A DNA stretch of 59,486 nucleotides from a virus. Lineage: Duplodnaviria; Caudoviricetes. The translations under genes and the position numbers were made by a program. A model generated the notes under the pieces. That model was not told the DNA's origin, did not search any database, and saw only the letters and a list, made by a program, of their open reading frames with translations. Below are positions 10,190-20,000 of the stretch, piece after piece. Each line of letters opens with the position of its first letter. Position 1 is the stretch's first letter. The stretch lies in IMG/VR virus record IMGVR_UViG_3300027917_000004, positions 1-59,486 of that record. One strand, 5' to 3'.

Positions 10190-10545
10190 TGACCGCTTCA
10201 CTCAGTGATATCCTAACGGCTCAGAAAAACGGTGTGGTTGCCATCAACAACGTGGCGCAGACCAATCAGCGTGCGCTTGGCGTTGTGACATCTCAAACAG
10301 TTACAGCGTCCACGGTTATTTTCGTTGGCTCTGGGTATCTTGTGAATTTTTCCGTGGTTGTCGCAGGAAGTGCTGCGGGAACCATTTACGACTTCAATTC
10401 CACAACATCACCTCCAGCGGCAGATGCTCTTTGCGCTGTCCCGGCAACGGTTGGCGTAATTAAAACAGGTCAAGTATTTACCAATGGTTTGGTTATTGTT
10501 CCCGGCACGGGACAATCCATCAACGTCACATATTCGCCGGGGTAA
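10189..10545 (+). CDS. Small beta-rich virion protein
   Basis: 118 aa, coupled to nozzle gene; GTIYD...FTNGLVIVPG. Confidence 0.55.
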   Translation: MTASLSDILTAQKNGVVAINNVAQTNQRALGVVTSQTVTASTVIFVGSGYLVNFSVVVAGSAAGTIYDFNSTTSPPAADALCAVPATVGVIKTGQVFTNGLVIVPGTGQSINVTYSPG

Positions 10546-10548
10546 ACC

Positions 10549-11154
10549 ATGCCGCTCAAAAAAGGCTCATCTCAAAAAGCAGTTAGCTCGAATATCAGCG
10601 AATTGGTCCATTCTGGCCGTCCGCAGAAACAGGCTATTGCGATTGCTCTTGATGTGGCGCGGAAGCCTAGAAAAGCTTTTGGCGGCGCTCCGGCCCCTAA
10701 AACGCTCCCAATACTTCCAAAGGCTCCCGTTGCTAAAGGTGTCCAACAGGAAAAATTGCATGTCGGGCCGATCCATAGCCATGTAGCTGGCCGCACTGAT
10801 CACTTGCCTATGAAGGTTCCGTCAGGGTCCTACGTCATTCCAGCCGACATTATTTCTTCCATGGGGGAAGGAAATACAATGGCTGGTTTCCGGGTCGCCA
10901 AGCGTATTTTCAGCCGCCCAATTAATTACATGACCGGGTCTCCCGGGGCTTCGGCTTTTGCCAAGGGTGGTAGTGTTGAGCCTGTAGAAATTGTCGCAGC
11001 TGGCGGAGAATATGTTATTCATCCTGATGATGTAGCGTATCTTGGCGGCGAAGATTTAGATAAAGGTCATGCGGAGCTTGATAAATTCGTCAAACTCCAG
11101 AGAGCAAAAACTGTTAAAACACTAAGGAATTTACCGGGGCCAAAAAAGGACTGA
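10549..11154 (+). CDS. Conserved phage protein with two 'D-x-x-P...G(E/S)YVI(P/H)-x-D' modules and GG motifs
   Basis: MPLKKG...QKQAIAIAL N-term; GRTDHLPMKVPSGSYVIPADII and AAGGEYVIHPDDV; AFGG and FAKGG motifs. Confidence 0.7.
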   Translation: MPLKKGSSQKAVSSNISELVHSGRPQKQAIAIALDVARKPRKAFGGAPAPKTLPILPKAPVAKGVQQEKLHVGPIHSHVAGRTDHLPMKVPSGSYVIPADIISSMGEGNTMAGFRVAKRIFSRPINYMTGSPGASAFAKGGSVEPVEIVAAGGEYVIHPDDVAYLGGEDLDKGHAELDKFVKLQRAKTVKTLRNLPGPKKD

Positions 11155-11163
11155 GGGGGTCTT

Positions 11164-11655
11164 ATGGCTAATAGCTTAGGGGTAAGAATTGGTACTCCAG
11201 CCGATGTTCATAAAATGATGGACCTTGCGTTGGCTGCCTGTGACGAAAATGGGTTTATTGAGCCAAATCCTGCTAAATTATTGCAGGAAATTTGGCCCGC
11301 ACTAAACCAAGAGGGTGGGCTGGTTGGAATAATTCCGGGCAAGGAGGGCGCTTTAGAAGGCGCGGTCCTTCTACGCATCGGAAACATGTGGTATTCTGAC
11401 CATGAAGTCTTGGAGGAAAAGGCCATTTTTATTCACCCTGATTTTCGGAGTGCAAAAGGTGGCCGGGCGCGGAAACTCTGCGAGTTCTCCAAGCATGTAT
11501 CTGATTCGCTGGGCGTCCCATTAATCATTGGGGTGCTTTCAAATCATAGGACGGAAGCAAAAATTCGTCTTTATGAACGTCAATTTGGCAAGCCAAGCGG
11601 CGCATTTTTCCTTTATAATGCCACTACTGGTGGCTGGAAGGACGCTGCGGAGTAG
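11164..11655 (+). CDS. GNAT-fold acyltransferase-like protein
   Basis: VRIGTPADV start, EKAIFIHPDFRSAKGGRARKL (acyl-CoA motif A-like), RLYER; directly upstream of ejection protein. Confidence 0.65.
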   Translation: MANSLGVRIGTPADVHKMMDLALAACDENGFIEPNPAKLLQEIWPALNQEGGLVGIIPGKEGALEGAVLLRIGNMWYSDHEVLEEKAIFIHPDFRSAKGGRARKLCEFSKHVSDSLGVPLIIGVLSNHRTEAKIRLYERQFGKPSGAFFLYNATTGGWKDAAE

Positions 11656-11660
11656 AAATT

Positions 11661-14600
11661 ATGGGCGGCAAATCAACTACTTCGACACAGACAGTATCTA
11701 TCCCGCCAGAGGTTATGGCGCGGTATAATGCTGTAAACGCCCGTGCTGAAGATGTTGCCGCCACTCCATTCCAGCCATATTCCGGTAAATTTGTCGCCCC
11801 GCTTTCTCCTACCCAACAAGCTGGCGTACAGAACACCAATGTCGCGGCAGGACAGGCCCAGCCTTACTATGGCGCGGCTACCGGCCTGACCCTCGCTGGG
11901 GCTCAGGATGTTGGCGCTCTGACCCCCGGTCAGATTTCCTATTATCAGAACCCATATACCCAAGCGGTCGTTGACCCTACGGTTCAAGCCCTTCGCCAAC
12001 AGCAGGGTCAGCAACTTTCGCAACAGCAATCCGATGCTATTCGGGCTGGCGCATTTGGCGGTGACCGTTCTGGCATCCAGAGGGCTGTCCTGCAAGGCCA
12101 ACAGGGTCTCGCTACGGCTCAAGCTATCGCGCCATTGTACCAGCAGGGCTACGGACAGGCTGTCCAGACCGCTGCCGGTCAACAGGGCGTTGTAGCCTCG
12201 GATTTGGCTCGTCGGATGCAAGCTGGTTCGCAAATTGCTGGCCTTGGTGCTGCGGCTCAACAGGCGGCTATCCAAGGTGCGCAAGCCCAACTTCAAGCTG
12301 GTGGCGTCGAACAACAGACGCAACAGGCCGATCTTACCGCCCAGTATCAGCAGTTCCTGCAACAGCGCGGCTATCCGTTCCAAGTCGCCCAGTTCCTTGC
12401 AAATATTGCGATGGGCACTGGCGCGTTGTCTGGTTCGACCACGACCACAGAACAGCCCAGCGGCCTGTTTTCGGATAAGCGTCTCAAGCACGATACAGAG
12501 CGTGTTGGCTATACTGATGACGGTTTGCCGATCTACACGTTCAAATACAACGGCGACAATAAGACCCAAATGGGTGTTATGGCGCAGGATGTTGAGAAAA
12601 AGCATCCTGATGCTGTTGGCGAGGCCCAAGCCTCTGACGGTCAAATGTACAAGACCGTCGATTATGGGAAATTGGACGCTAAAGAACGCGCTTATGGCGG
12701 CGGTTTAGACCCCAATTCCATGGGCGGCGCAGTCATGGAGTCTGGCGCATTTGCCCGTGGCGGATTCCTCGGTGGTGGCCTTGTTGGCGACACCGAAATG
12801 AAGTCCATGATGGCTAATATGAAGCAGCCACTGGGCATGTATCAGCAAGCTGGTTTGTATGGCTCAACACCATATCAGACCCCTTATGGACCGGGTCTCG
12901 GCATCCGTGGGGATGCCGTTCCCGTCCCTTCGCTTGTGACGGCTGGTTCTCTCAAATCTCCGCCACCTAGCGCGCTTCAGCAAGCTACATCTGCTTATAA
13001 GCAAATGAGTGATTTGGGCCAGATGGGTTCCGGTCTTTATGATTTTGGTGAGCGCGTTGCCGTTGGCCGCCCAGAAATCAAAGACGATAAGGGTAAAGTA
13101 ACCCAAGAAAAGTCATCTGGTCTTCTTGGTTCGGCTGGCAAGTATGATCCTAAGCAAGGGTGGCTTGGCTCAAAAGAAACAGCTGCGACTGGCGGTCTTG
13201 TTGGGCGTCTTCACTACGATATGGGCGGCGATCTTCCTTATAGCTCGGGCCAACAGGGTTATGACCCTATGGCTGAAATCATTAAGCAAGGTCAGCAGCA
13301 GCATTATGAACTTGCCAAGCCCGGCCAACTTCCAAAGCGCCCAGAGCCTTTGAAAGATGCCATGCAGACCGGAATGCAGATGTATTCCGCTGGCAAAATG
13401 GGTTCCAAAATTATTGATAAAGGTAAGGAACTTGTCGATAAAATGGGTAGCGAGCCAATGGCACCGGCTACCGGTCAAGTTCAAACTGACATTACAGCTA
13501 TGCCTGTGGCTCGCCCAACTGGCCTTGGTGCTGCTCCAGTTAACCCAGATGCCCCGGCTGCTGGCGCGAAAGCTGTTGAAGCAACACAGGCTACGCCAAA
13601 CGTTGCCGGGACCTATACGATCCCCGGCTCCGGCCAGACCGTTACTCCCGGATTGGCATCTGGTGCTGAAGCGCCTACGGCTGCTGTTGCTGAAACTATG
13701 CCGGAATCGGTGGGCGCTGCTGCTGCCCCCGCTGCTGAAACAGTCGCGGCTGCGGCTCCAGAAGCATTGGGTGCGGCTGAAGGTGCAACTGCACTTGCCG
13801 GTGGCGCAGAAGCACTGGGAGCAGCTGGTACGGCTGCCGCGGGTGCTGAAGAAGCTCTTCCATTTTTGCTTGCACTTCTTAAGCGTGGTGGCCGCGTCAA
13901 TGATCATCATTACGCAGAGGGCGGCTTGGTTCCGCGCCACGGTTATGCGAACGAGGGAACTGTTTCCTCACCTGCATATGACCCAGAAGATTTGGCAATC
14001 CGCACTATTGCTGCGGAAACTGGTGGCGATCCCGATGAAACAAAGGGTATCGCTGCGGTTATCAAAAATCGTTTGGATTCTGGCAAGTATGGTAAGTCCC
14101 TTGGTGACGTTGTCCTTGCTAAGGGGCAGTTCGAGCCTTGGGCTAATCCTGCCGCTCCTAATTATCCGATGCGTTTTGAGCCGGGCAACAAGCGTTATGA
14201 AGCTGCAAAAGATGCTTGGAACGCTGTTCAACAAGGCGATGACCCAACAGGTGGCGCTACTCATTTCTGGGCTCCGGCAGCACAAAAAGCATTGGGCCGT
14301 GCTGCACCAAGCTGGGGTCAACAAGGTGGCGTAGATATTGGCGCTACACGTTTTCATAAATTGGAAGATGATGGCGGTCTTGGCTCGAAGTACATGACCT
14401 ATGCCCCCCAGACAGGTGGCCTTGGTAATGCGGATGCTTTGAAGGCTATCGACCAAGCTGCGGGTAAGGCAACTGGGCTCGCATCTTATTTCCCGACAAA
14501 GAAAGATGATACCGGCGCTGAAACAACGGATTGGAAGAAAATCCTTATTCCGTTGGCAACCGGCATTGCTGGTGTGGCTGGTGCTCCAACCCGTAATTTG

Positions 14601-15923
14601 GGTACGGCTTTGGCTTTAGGTATTGGCGCTGGCGCTAAGAGCTATGCTGACATTGACAAGCAACAGGCTGACATTGCGTATCGCGAAGCTGAAACAGGTA
14701 AGCTTACGCAAGAAACTCAATTGTCTATGATTGATCGTCTTATCAAGATCAATCAGGTTCGCTTCCTTAATAAGTTGCAGCCAATTAAAACAATTGATGA
14801 ATATATGCGCCGCGCAAAGGATAACACTCTTTTGACGGATGAGCCTTCTGCGGTAGGCACTACAGGTGCAAAACCAGCTGGCGCAACTGTGCAGCCAGCC
14901 GCTGGTACACAGCCGTCTGAAGCAGCTGGTCAACCGGGGGCTAAAACTGAAGAAGCGAAAGCTCCTAGCGCCATTGATTGGAACCAAGTTGTCGATGTCG
15001 ATAACATTGAAAAAATGGGCGAAAAGGTTAACCGTTTGGAATCTTTGTTGAGCATCGAAACGGACCCTGACAAAATTGTATCCTTGACCAAGCAAATTCA
15101 AGACATCAACAGCCGCATTAAAGATGTTAAGGCACAGCCTTCATTGTTGTTGAAGAGCGGCGAAAAAATTACGCCGCCGTCTTGGGCTGCTCAACAGCGT
15201 TATGAGCAGAATTTGCCAGAGATTAACAAGACAGCAAACCAAATAGCTGAAAAACAAAAAGCAGCAGACGTAAACATGTCGCAGCTTGATAATATCGAAA
15301 AGGCTCTCGGCATTCTGCAAAGCGGCGCACTCATGAATTATAAAACTGATTTTGCTCGCGCCATGAATGCCGCTGGGTTCCCAGTTTCCGATAAACAAAT
15401 GTCGGATGTCGTAGAGGCACAAAAAGTAGTTAAGGATGCGTGGAACCAAATCTTTGCAAAAGCCGCCTCTCTTCCCGGGACAATTCGTAACCTTGAACTT
15501 CAAGGCGAGCAAAAAGCATCGAATGATATCAGCATCGAACCCGGTGCGAATAAAAACATCCTTGTTAATGGCAAGGCTGGTGTCGCTTATGAACGCCAAC
15601 ATGCTATTGATTGGAACAAGGCTCGATTGGAGCAGGGCGCACGGTTTGACCCATTGACGTTTGAAAATCAATGGCGAGCAGATCATCCTCAACTGTTGGA
15701 TCAGCTTAAAGCCCAATATACCAAGGATATTGCTTTGATGGGTGACACCCCCGTTAAAGATGGGAAAATTCTTGATTATGGGAAGCTCAAGGAAGGTCAT
15801 TCCTATATCATTACACCGGACATGATCACCCCTATGGGCCAATCTGTTGGTATCCAACAGCCCACAAAATTTAGGGCTGAACGTGGTCCAAAAGGAAATA
15901 TCGTTCTCAATCCGGTGCAATGA
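11661..15923 (+). CDS. Large internal virion (DNA ejection) protein with S74-like autoprocessing domain and SleB/Hydrolase_2 cell-wall hydrolase domain
   Basis: Gln/Ala-rich N-term; SDKRLK...GLPIYTFKY...GVMAQDVEK..P.AV...VDYGKL; RTIAAE...AVIKNR...GQFEPW...DPTGGATHF. Confidence 0.8.
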   Translation: MGGKSTTSTQTVSIPPEVMARYNAVNARAEDVAATPFQPYSGKFVAPLSPTQQAGVQNTNVAAGQAQPYYGAATGLTLAGAQDVGALTPGQISYYQNPYTQAVVDPTVQALRQQQGQQLSQQQSDAIRAGAFGGDRSGIQRAVLQGQQGLATAQAIAPLYQQGYGQAVQTAAGQQGVVASDLARRMQAGSQIAGLGAAAQQAAIQGAQAQLQAGGVEQQTQQADLTAQYQQFLQQRGYPFQVAQFLANIAMGTGALSGSTTTTEQPSGLFSDKRLKHDTERVGYTDDGLPIYTFKYNGDNKTQMGVMAQDVEKKHPDAVGEAQASDGQMYKTVDYGKLDAKERAYGGGLDPNSMGGAVMESGAFARGGFLGGGLVGDTEMKSMMANMKQPLGMYQQAGLYGSTPYQTPYGPGLGIRGDAVPVPSLVTAGSLKSPPPSALQQATSAYKQMSDLGQMGSGLYDFGERVAVGRPEIKDDKGKVTQEKSSGLLGSAGKYDPKQGWLGSKETAATGGLVGRLHYDMGGDLPYSSGQQGYDPMAEIIKQGQQQHYELAKPGQLPKRPEPLKDAMQTGMQMYSAGKMGSKIIDKGKELVDKMGSEPMAPATGQVQTDITAMPVARPTGLGAAPVNPDAPAAGAKAVEATQATPNVAGTYTIPGSGQTVTPGLASGAEAPTAAVAETMPESVGAAAAPAAETVAAAAPEALGAAEGATALAGGAEALGAAGTAAAGAEEALPFLLALLKRGGRVNDHHYAEGGLVPRHGYANEGTVSSPAYDPEDLAIRTIAAETGGDPDETKGIAAVIKNRLDSGKYGKSLGDVVLAKGQFEPWANPAAPNYPMRFEPGNKRYEAAKDAWNAVQQGDDPTGGATHFWAPAAQKALGRAAPSWGQQGGVDIGATRFHKLEDDGGLGSKYMTYAPQTGGLGNADALKAIDQAAGKATGLASYFPTKKDDTGAETTDWKKILIPLATGIAGVAGAPTRNLGTALALGIGAGAKSYADIDKQQADIAYREAETGKLTQETQLSMIDRLIKINQVRFLNKLQPIKTIDEYMRRAKDNTLLTDEPSAVGTTGAKPAGATVQPAAGTQPSEAAGQPGAKTEEAKAPSAIDWNQVVDVDNIEKMGEKVNRLESLLSIETDPDKIVSLTKQIQDINSRIKDVKAQPSLLLKSGEKITPPSWAAQQRYEQNLPEINKTANQIAEKQKAADVNMSQLDNIEKALGILQSGALMNYKTDFARAMNAAGFPVSDKQMSDVVEAQKVVKDAWNQIFAKAASLPGTIRNLELQGEQKASNDISIEPGANKNILVNGKAGVAYERQHAIDWNKARLEQGARFDPLTFENQWRADHPQLLDQLKAQYTKDIALMGDTPVKDGKILDYGKLKEGHSYIITPDMITPMGQSVGIQQPTKFRAERGPKGNIVLNPVQ

Positions 15924-18295
15924 TGGCTGATCAAAACGCTCCTTCCTCCATCGATCTTGGCGTCCCTTTTCCAGAAAAAGAGGACGTAAAATCGATTGAG
16001 CTTGAACCAGTTACATCTGAAACACCGGGCGTCCGTGGGTACGAATCCCGCGTCCGTGAATATATGCCCAAGGCTACAGAAGCAGTTTTGGCAGCAGACA
16101 AAGATACGCTTGCCGGTATCCCGTATCAAAGATTTACGATCCCATATAGCTCGCTTCCTGTAGTTGGACCACTCTATAGGTCTGCTGTTTCTGCTATTGA
16201 AGCGGCTCGCGGAATGGGTGAAGGCGAAACTTTTGGAGAGCGTCATACAAGCAATATTGCTTGGAAAGAGGCTTTAGATCGTGCGCGCCAACAACAGTTT
16301 CCAAAATCTCAAGTTGCAAGTGAAGTTGCAGGTGGCTTAACGGCTGCTTTGGCAACACCAGCTTTAGAGGTTGGAAATATTGGCGCTCAAACAATGCAAA
16401 AAGCCGCCCAATTTTTAGCTCAAAGAGAAATGCCAGCATTTGGAGAAATGATTAGCAAAGTTCCGGGCGCTCTTTCTGAAATAGCTAAGGGTGGTATTTA
16501 CGGCGGCACTTCATCTCTTGCGGAACGTAAGCCCGGTGAAACTCTTGCAGAGACAGGTGAGCGGACTGCTATTGGAACTGCTATTGGTGCGGGCGCTCCA
16601 GTTGTTGCTGGTGCCGCTAGAAAAGGTATTGATAAATTTGGCGAGTCAATACTCGATCCCAAAACAGCCGTTCTTCGTGAGCTTTATGGCGTTTCACCAT
16701 CTATGGGTCCAAAATCAAAAGGACCTATGACTCCAGAAGAATTTGTGTCTCTGCAACAGGCTGGCAAGGATGTAAATGTCGCTGATATTATTGGCGCGCC
16801 AGAAAGAATTTCCAAAGCAGCTGGGGCAAGCACTGCTGACAATCGTCTTGATTCCTTAAATCAAAGGCTTCAAGAAAGGTTTGAGGCCAATATTGGTAAC
16901 ATTGGCCGTACGGTTGATAATGTTTTTGGCACACCTGTGAATGCTTTCCAGCTTAGGGATCAAGCAGAAAAAATTGCTCGGAATACAAACGCACCTTTGT
17001 ATAACCGCGCCTATGCCCACCCGGACGCTCAAAATATTTGGGATGATTCAATTGGGCGAATCCTTAATACAAATGAAGGCAAAACCGCGCTTCAATGGGC
17101 TGATAACGAAGCCCGAAAAGCTGCTGTCGATGCTGGTCGCTCCGCACCTCGCAACCCATTCCAGATTGATGAACAAGGGAACGTCACTCTTCGCCCCGGC
17201 GAAACTGGTGCGCCGCTTGAGTTTCTTGATTGGGTAAAACGAGGCCTCAACAAGGTTTATGCAGAGCAAAGTTCTTCTGCAACGGGTCCGCGTGATCCGG
17301 CTCGTCAATCTACGCAAGAAATTACCGAATTATTCACCAATCTTCTTAAAGATAAAGTTCCAGCTTATGGGGATGCTTTGTCAAATGCGGGTAAATTTAT
17401 TCGCGGTGATAATGCATTTGATGCAGGAACGAAATTTTTTGAGCTTCTACCAACTTATGGCCGCACAAATCCGGGTCAACTTGACGCTCAATTGGCAAAG
17501 TTTAGTCCTTTCCAACGGAATCCATTGTCTTATGAAGAACAGCAACAATTCCGTCTAGGCATTGGTTCTTGGATTAAAGAAAACCCAACACAAGCGGCGG
17601 CTATCTTTAAAGGTAACAATGAAGCCTCTGTGAGAGCTAAAGAAGCCCTTCAAAAGGTTCTTGGCGAGGATGCTTATCGATCTATCGACCAATCAATGCG
17701 AGTTGCCCGTGTTTCAGATTTGGTTAGGGAAATCAGAGCAAATGTAACTCAAAACCAAAATATAACACCAAAGCAGATGTTTTTATCTACAGCTGCGGGT
17801 TCGTCAATCCCATATAACTATGAACATATTATTAATATGGTCCAATCCCATCCTTATATGGCTGCTCTAAGCGGAATATATGGTCTTGGCTCTATGGGCT
17901 CACGAATGATGGGTAATCGCCGCATGAATGCACTGTTGGATATGGCTTCATCAGAAGACCCGGCAGTTGCAGCTAAGGCTGCTGAAACTCTGTCAAAAAT
18001 TGCAGCTGGTGACACGCGGTGGGAAAAATCCCTAAATAAGATTGAAGACACATTGAGCATTTATTTGGCTCAACAACATATGGGCGAACCAGCCCTACCA
18101 GTTGTTGGACCAACAAAGCTTGAAGAACGCAAAATGGGTCGGAAGTCTGGTGGCCGTGTTACCGCAGAAGGCCTTGTCGCTGCTGCTGAACGCGCCAAGA
18201 AGGCCGTCAACAAAACGACAGAGCCGTTGCTGAATAAAGATGATACTTCCGTGGCGCGGGCTCTGGAAGTCGCAAACAAGCATATTGAGGGCTGA
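15920..18295 (+). CDS. Internal virion (ejection) protein
   Basis: 791 aa helical Ala/Gly-rich protein after the ejection gene; C-term RKSGGRV...VARALEV. Confidence 0.6.
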   Translation: MMADQNAPSSIDLGVPFPEKEDVKSIELEPVTSETPGVRGYESRVREYMPKATEAVLAADKDTLAGIPYQRFTIPYSSLPVVGPLYRSAVSAIEAARGMGEGETFGERHTSNIAWKEALDRARQQQFPKSQVASEVAGGLTAALATPALEVGNIGAQTMQKAAQFLAQREMPAFGEMISKVPGALSEIAKGGIYGGTSSLAERKPGETLAETGERTAIGTAIGAGAPVVAGAARKGIDKFGESILDPKTAVLRELYGVSPSMGPKSKGPMTPEEFVSLQQAGKDVNVADIIGAPERISKAAGASTADNRLDSLNQRLQERFEANIGNIGRTVDNVFGTPVNAFQLRDQAEKIARNTNAPLYNRAYAHPDAQNIWDDSIGRILNTNEGKTALQWADNEARKAAVDAGRSAPRNPFQIDEQGNVTLRPGETGAPLEFLDWVKRGLNKVYAEQSSSATGPRDPARQSTQEITELFTNLLKDKVPAYGDALSNAGKFIRGDNAFDAGTKFFELLPTYGRTNPGQLDAQLAKFSPFQRNPLSYEEQQQFRLGIGSWIKENPTQAAAIFKGNNEASVRAKEALQKVLGEDAYRSIDQSMRVARVSDLVREIRANVTQNQNITPKQMFLSTAAGSSIPYNYEHIINMVQSHPYMAALSGIYGLGSMGSRMMGNRRMNALLDMASSEDPAVAAKAAETLSKIAAGDTRWEKSLNKIEDTLSIYLAQQHMGEPALPVVGPTKLEERKMGRKSGGRVTAEGLVAAAERAKKAVNKTTEPLLNKDDTSVARALEVANKHIEG

Positions 18296-18297
18296 TC

Positions 18298-19170
18298 ATG
18301 ACTTCGTCCTATACAACCAACAAAGTCCTCGAAAAGCCCGGCAACGGCGATTACGTCGATACATGGAACGTGCCTGTTAACGGCGACATGGATGTCATCG
18401 ACCAAGCTTTTGGTGGCGTTACATCTCTCAATGCGACAGGCGGCTCCGCAACTCTGACAGCGGCTCAATATCGTTCATTGATTTTGTCAATTTCTGGCGC
18501 AATGAGTGGTAACGTCACCTACACCATTCCATCCGGCAAGGGTGGAACTTGGATTGTTTACACAAACACATCAGATGTCTCCGGTGGTCCATATACCGTA
18601 ACTTTCGCTTCCGGCGGCGGTGGCACATCTGTTGTAACACCACGCGGTTATGTGGCTACAATTTACAGTGATGGTACGAACATCCAATTTGCGGACAACC
18701 GTCCACTTACTCCTGCGGCAAACAGTGTTGATACTGCGGCTATTCAGGATGGGGCGGTTACTTATCCAAAAATTGATCCTGCATCTATCGCGGGTGCAGC
18801 TGAATTTCGTGCCAATACAAGCAGTCATCTTCTAGATACAACTGGGACGTGGGCATCGGCAGCTTTTGTGGCATTGACAGATGCGCCTTCAATTTCCGTC
18901 GATTTGTCCACGGGCATTAACTTTACTGTGACCCTTGGCGGCAACAGGACGCTTGCAAACCCGACCAATACAAAGGTTGGTCAGAGCGGCGTGATTATCG
19001 TCAATCAGGATTCAACTGGTGGCCGTACCCTGTCATTCAACAGCTATTACAAGTTCGCGAATGGCACGGCTCCGACGATCAGCACCTCGGCAAACTCTGT
19101 CAACGTGCTGTCCTACTATGTTGTCTCGTCCAGCTTCATTGTGGTTGCCGCTCTTACTGGGGTTGCCTAA
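18298..19170 (+). CDS. Tail fibre/spike adaptor protein
   Basis: MTSSYT..K.LEKPGNG...WNVPVN N-term; AIQDGAVT.PKI; TLGGNRTLANP...QDSTGGRTLSF. Confidence 0.7.
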   Translation: MTSSYTTNKVLEKPGNGDYVDTWNVPVNGDMDVIDQAFGGVTSLNATGGSATLTAAQYRSLILSISGAMSGNVTYTIPSGKGGTWIVYTNTSDVSGGPYTVTFASGGGGTSVVTPRGYVATIYSDGTNIQFADNRPLTPAANSVDTAAIQDGAVTYPKIDPASIAGAAEFRANTSSHLLDTTGTWASAAFVALTDAPSISVDLSTGINFTVTLGGNRTLANPTNTKVGQSGVIIVNQDSTGGRTLSFNSYYKFANGTAPTISTSANSVNVLSYYVVSSSFIVVAALTGVA

Positions 19171-20000
19171 TGATTCCGGGGCTGTCTAACGCCTTGTTCC
19201 TGTCGCAAGGGTTCATCGTCGCAACTGGCGGCACGATTACCTTTGACGGCAATTATAAAATTCACACCTTCACTTCGAGCGACAATTTCATTGTCACTTC
19301 GGGTTCTGGGCTTGTCCAATATCTTCTCGTTGGCGGCGGTGGTGGTGGTGGCGCACAAACTGGCGGCGGTGGCGGCGGGGGTGGTTATTTGACGGGTACG
19401 TCACTCGTCTCTCCGCAAACCTATGCTGTAGCTGTGGGCGTTGGTGGTGCGAACGGATATGCGGTCAACACCAGTTTTTGCTACAATGGACAGAACGGCG
19501 GCAACACGACCTTCAATAGCATTCTTGCTTATGGCGGCGGTGGCGGCAGGTCCGCTAACGGAAACACATATGTGAGCGGCGACCTCAACGGTCTGTCAAC
19601 CACCTACGGCGGCTCTGGCGGTGGCGGTAACACTGGAAACAATGTCGCTGGACAGGGTTATGCTGGCGGCACGGCTAGTGGGATTGCTGCGGGCGGCGGC
19701 GGTGCTGGTGCTAATACCACGAATGGCACAGGCGGCGATGGCCTCCAGAGCAGCATTACAGGCACAGCTATCTACTATGCTGGCGGCGGTGGCGGTGGCG
19801 GCTCCAACAACAACGGTACGCAGTACGCTGGTGGACAAGGCGGTGGCGGCACTGGACGCGGCACAGGATCGTCAGGAACGGTTGGCACCAATGGTCTCGG
19901 CGGTGGTGGTGGCGGCGGTGGTCAGAACGGCTCTGGTGGCCTGTATTCTGGCGGCGCAGGTGGTAGCGGTGTTGCCATCATCCGCTACCAGTACAAGTGA
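19170..20000 (+). CDS. Glycine-rich tail-associated protein
   Basis: ATGGTI...YKIHTFTSS, LVGGGGGGG, YYAGGGGG, GGSGVAIIRY. Confidence 0.8.
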   Translation: MIPGLSNALFLSQGFIVATGGTITFDGNYKIHTFTSSDNFIVTSGSGLVQYLLVGGGGGGGAQTGGGGGGGGYLTGTSLVSPQTYAVAVGVGGANGYAVNTSFCYNGQNGGNTTFNSILAYGGGGGRSANGNTYVSGDLNGLSTTYGGSGGGGNTGNNVAGQGYAGGTASGIAAGGGGAGANTTNGTGGDGLQSSITGTAIYYAGGGGGGGSNNNGTQYAGGQGGGGTGRGTGSSGTVGTNGLGGGGGGGGQNGSGGLYSGGAGGSGVAIIRYQYK

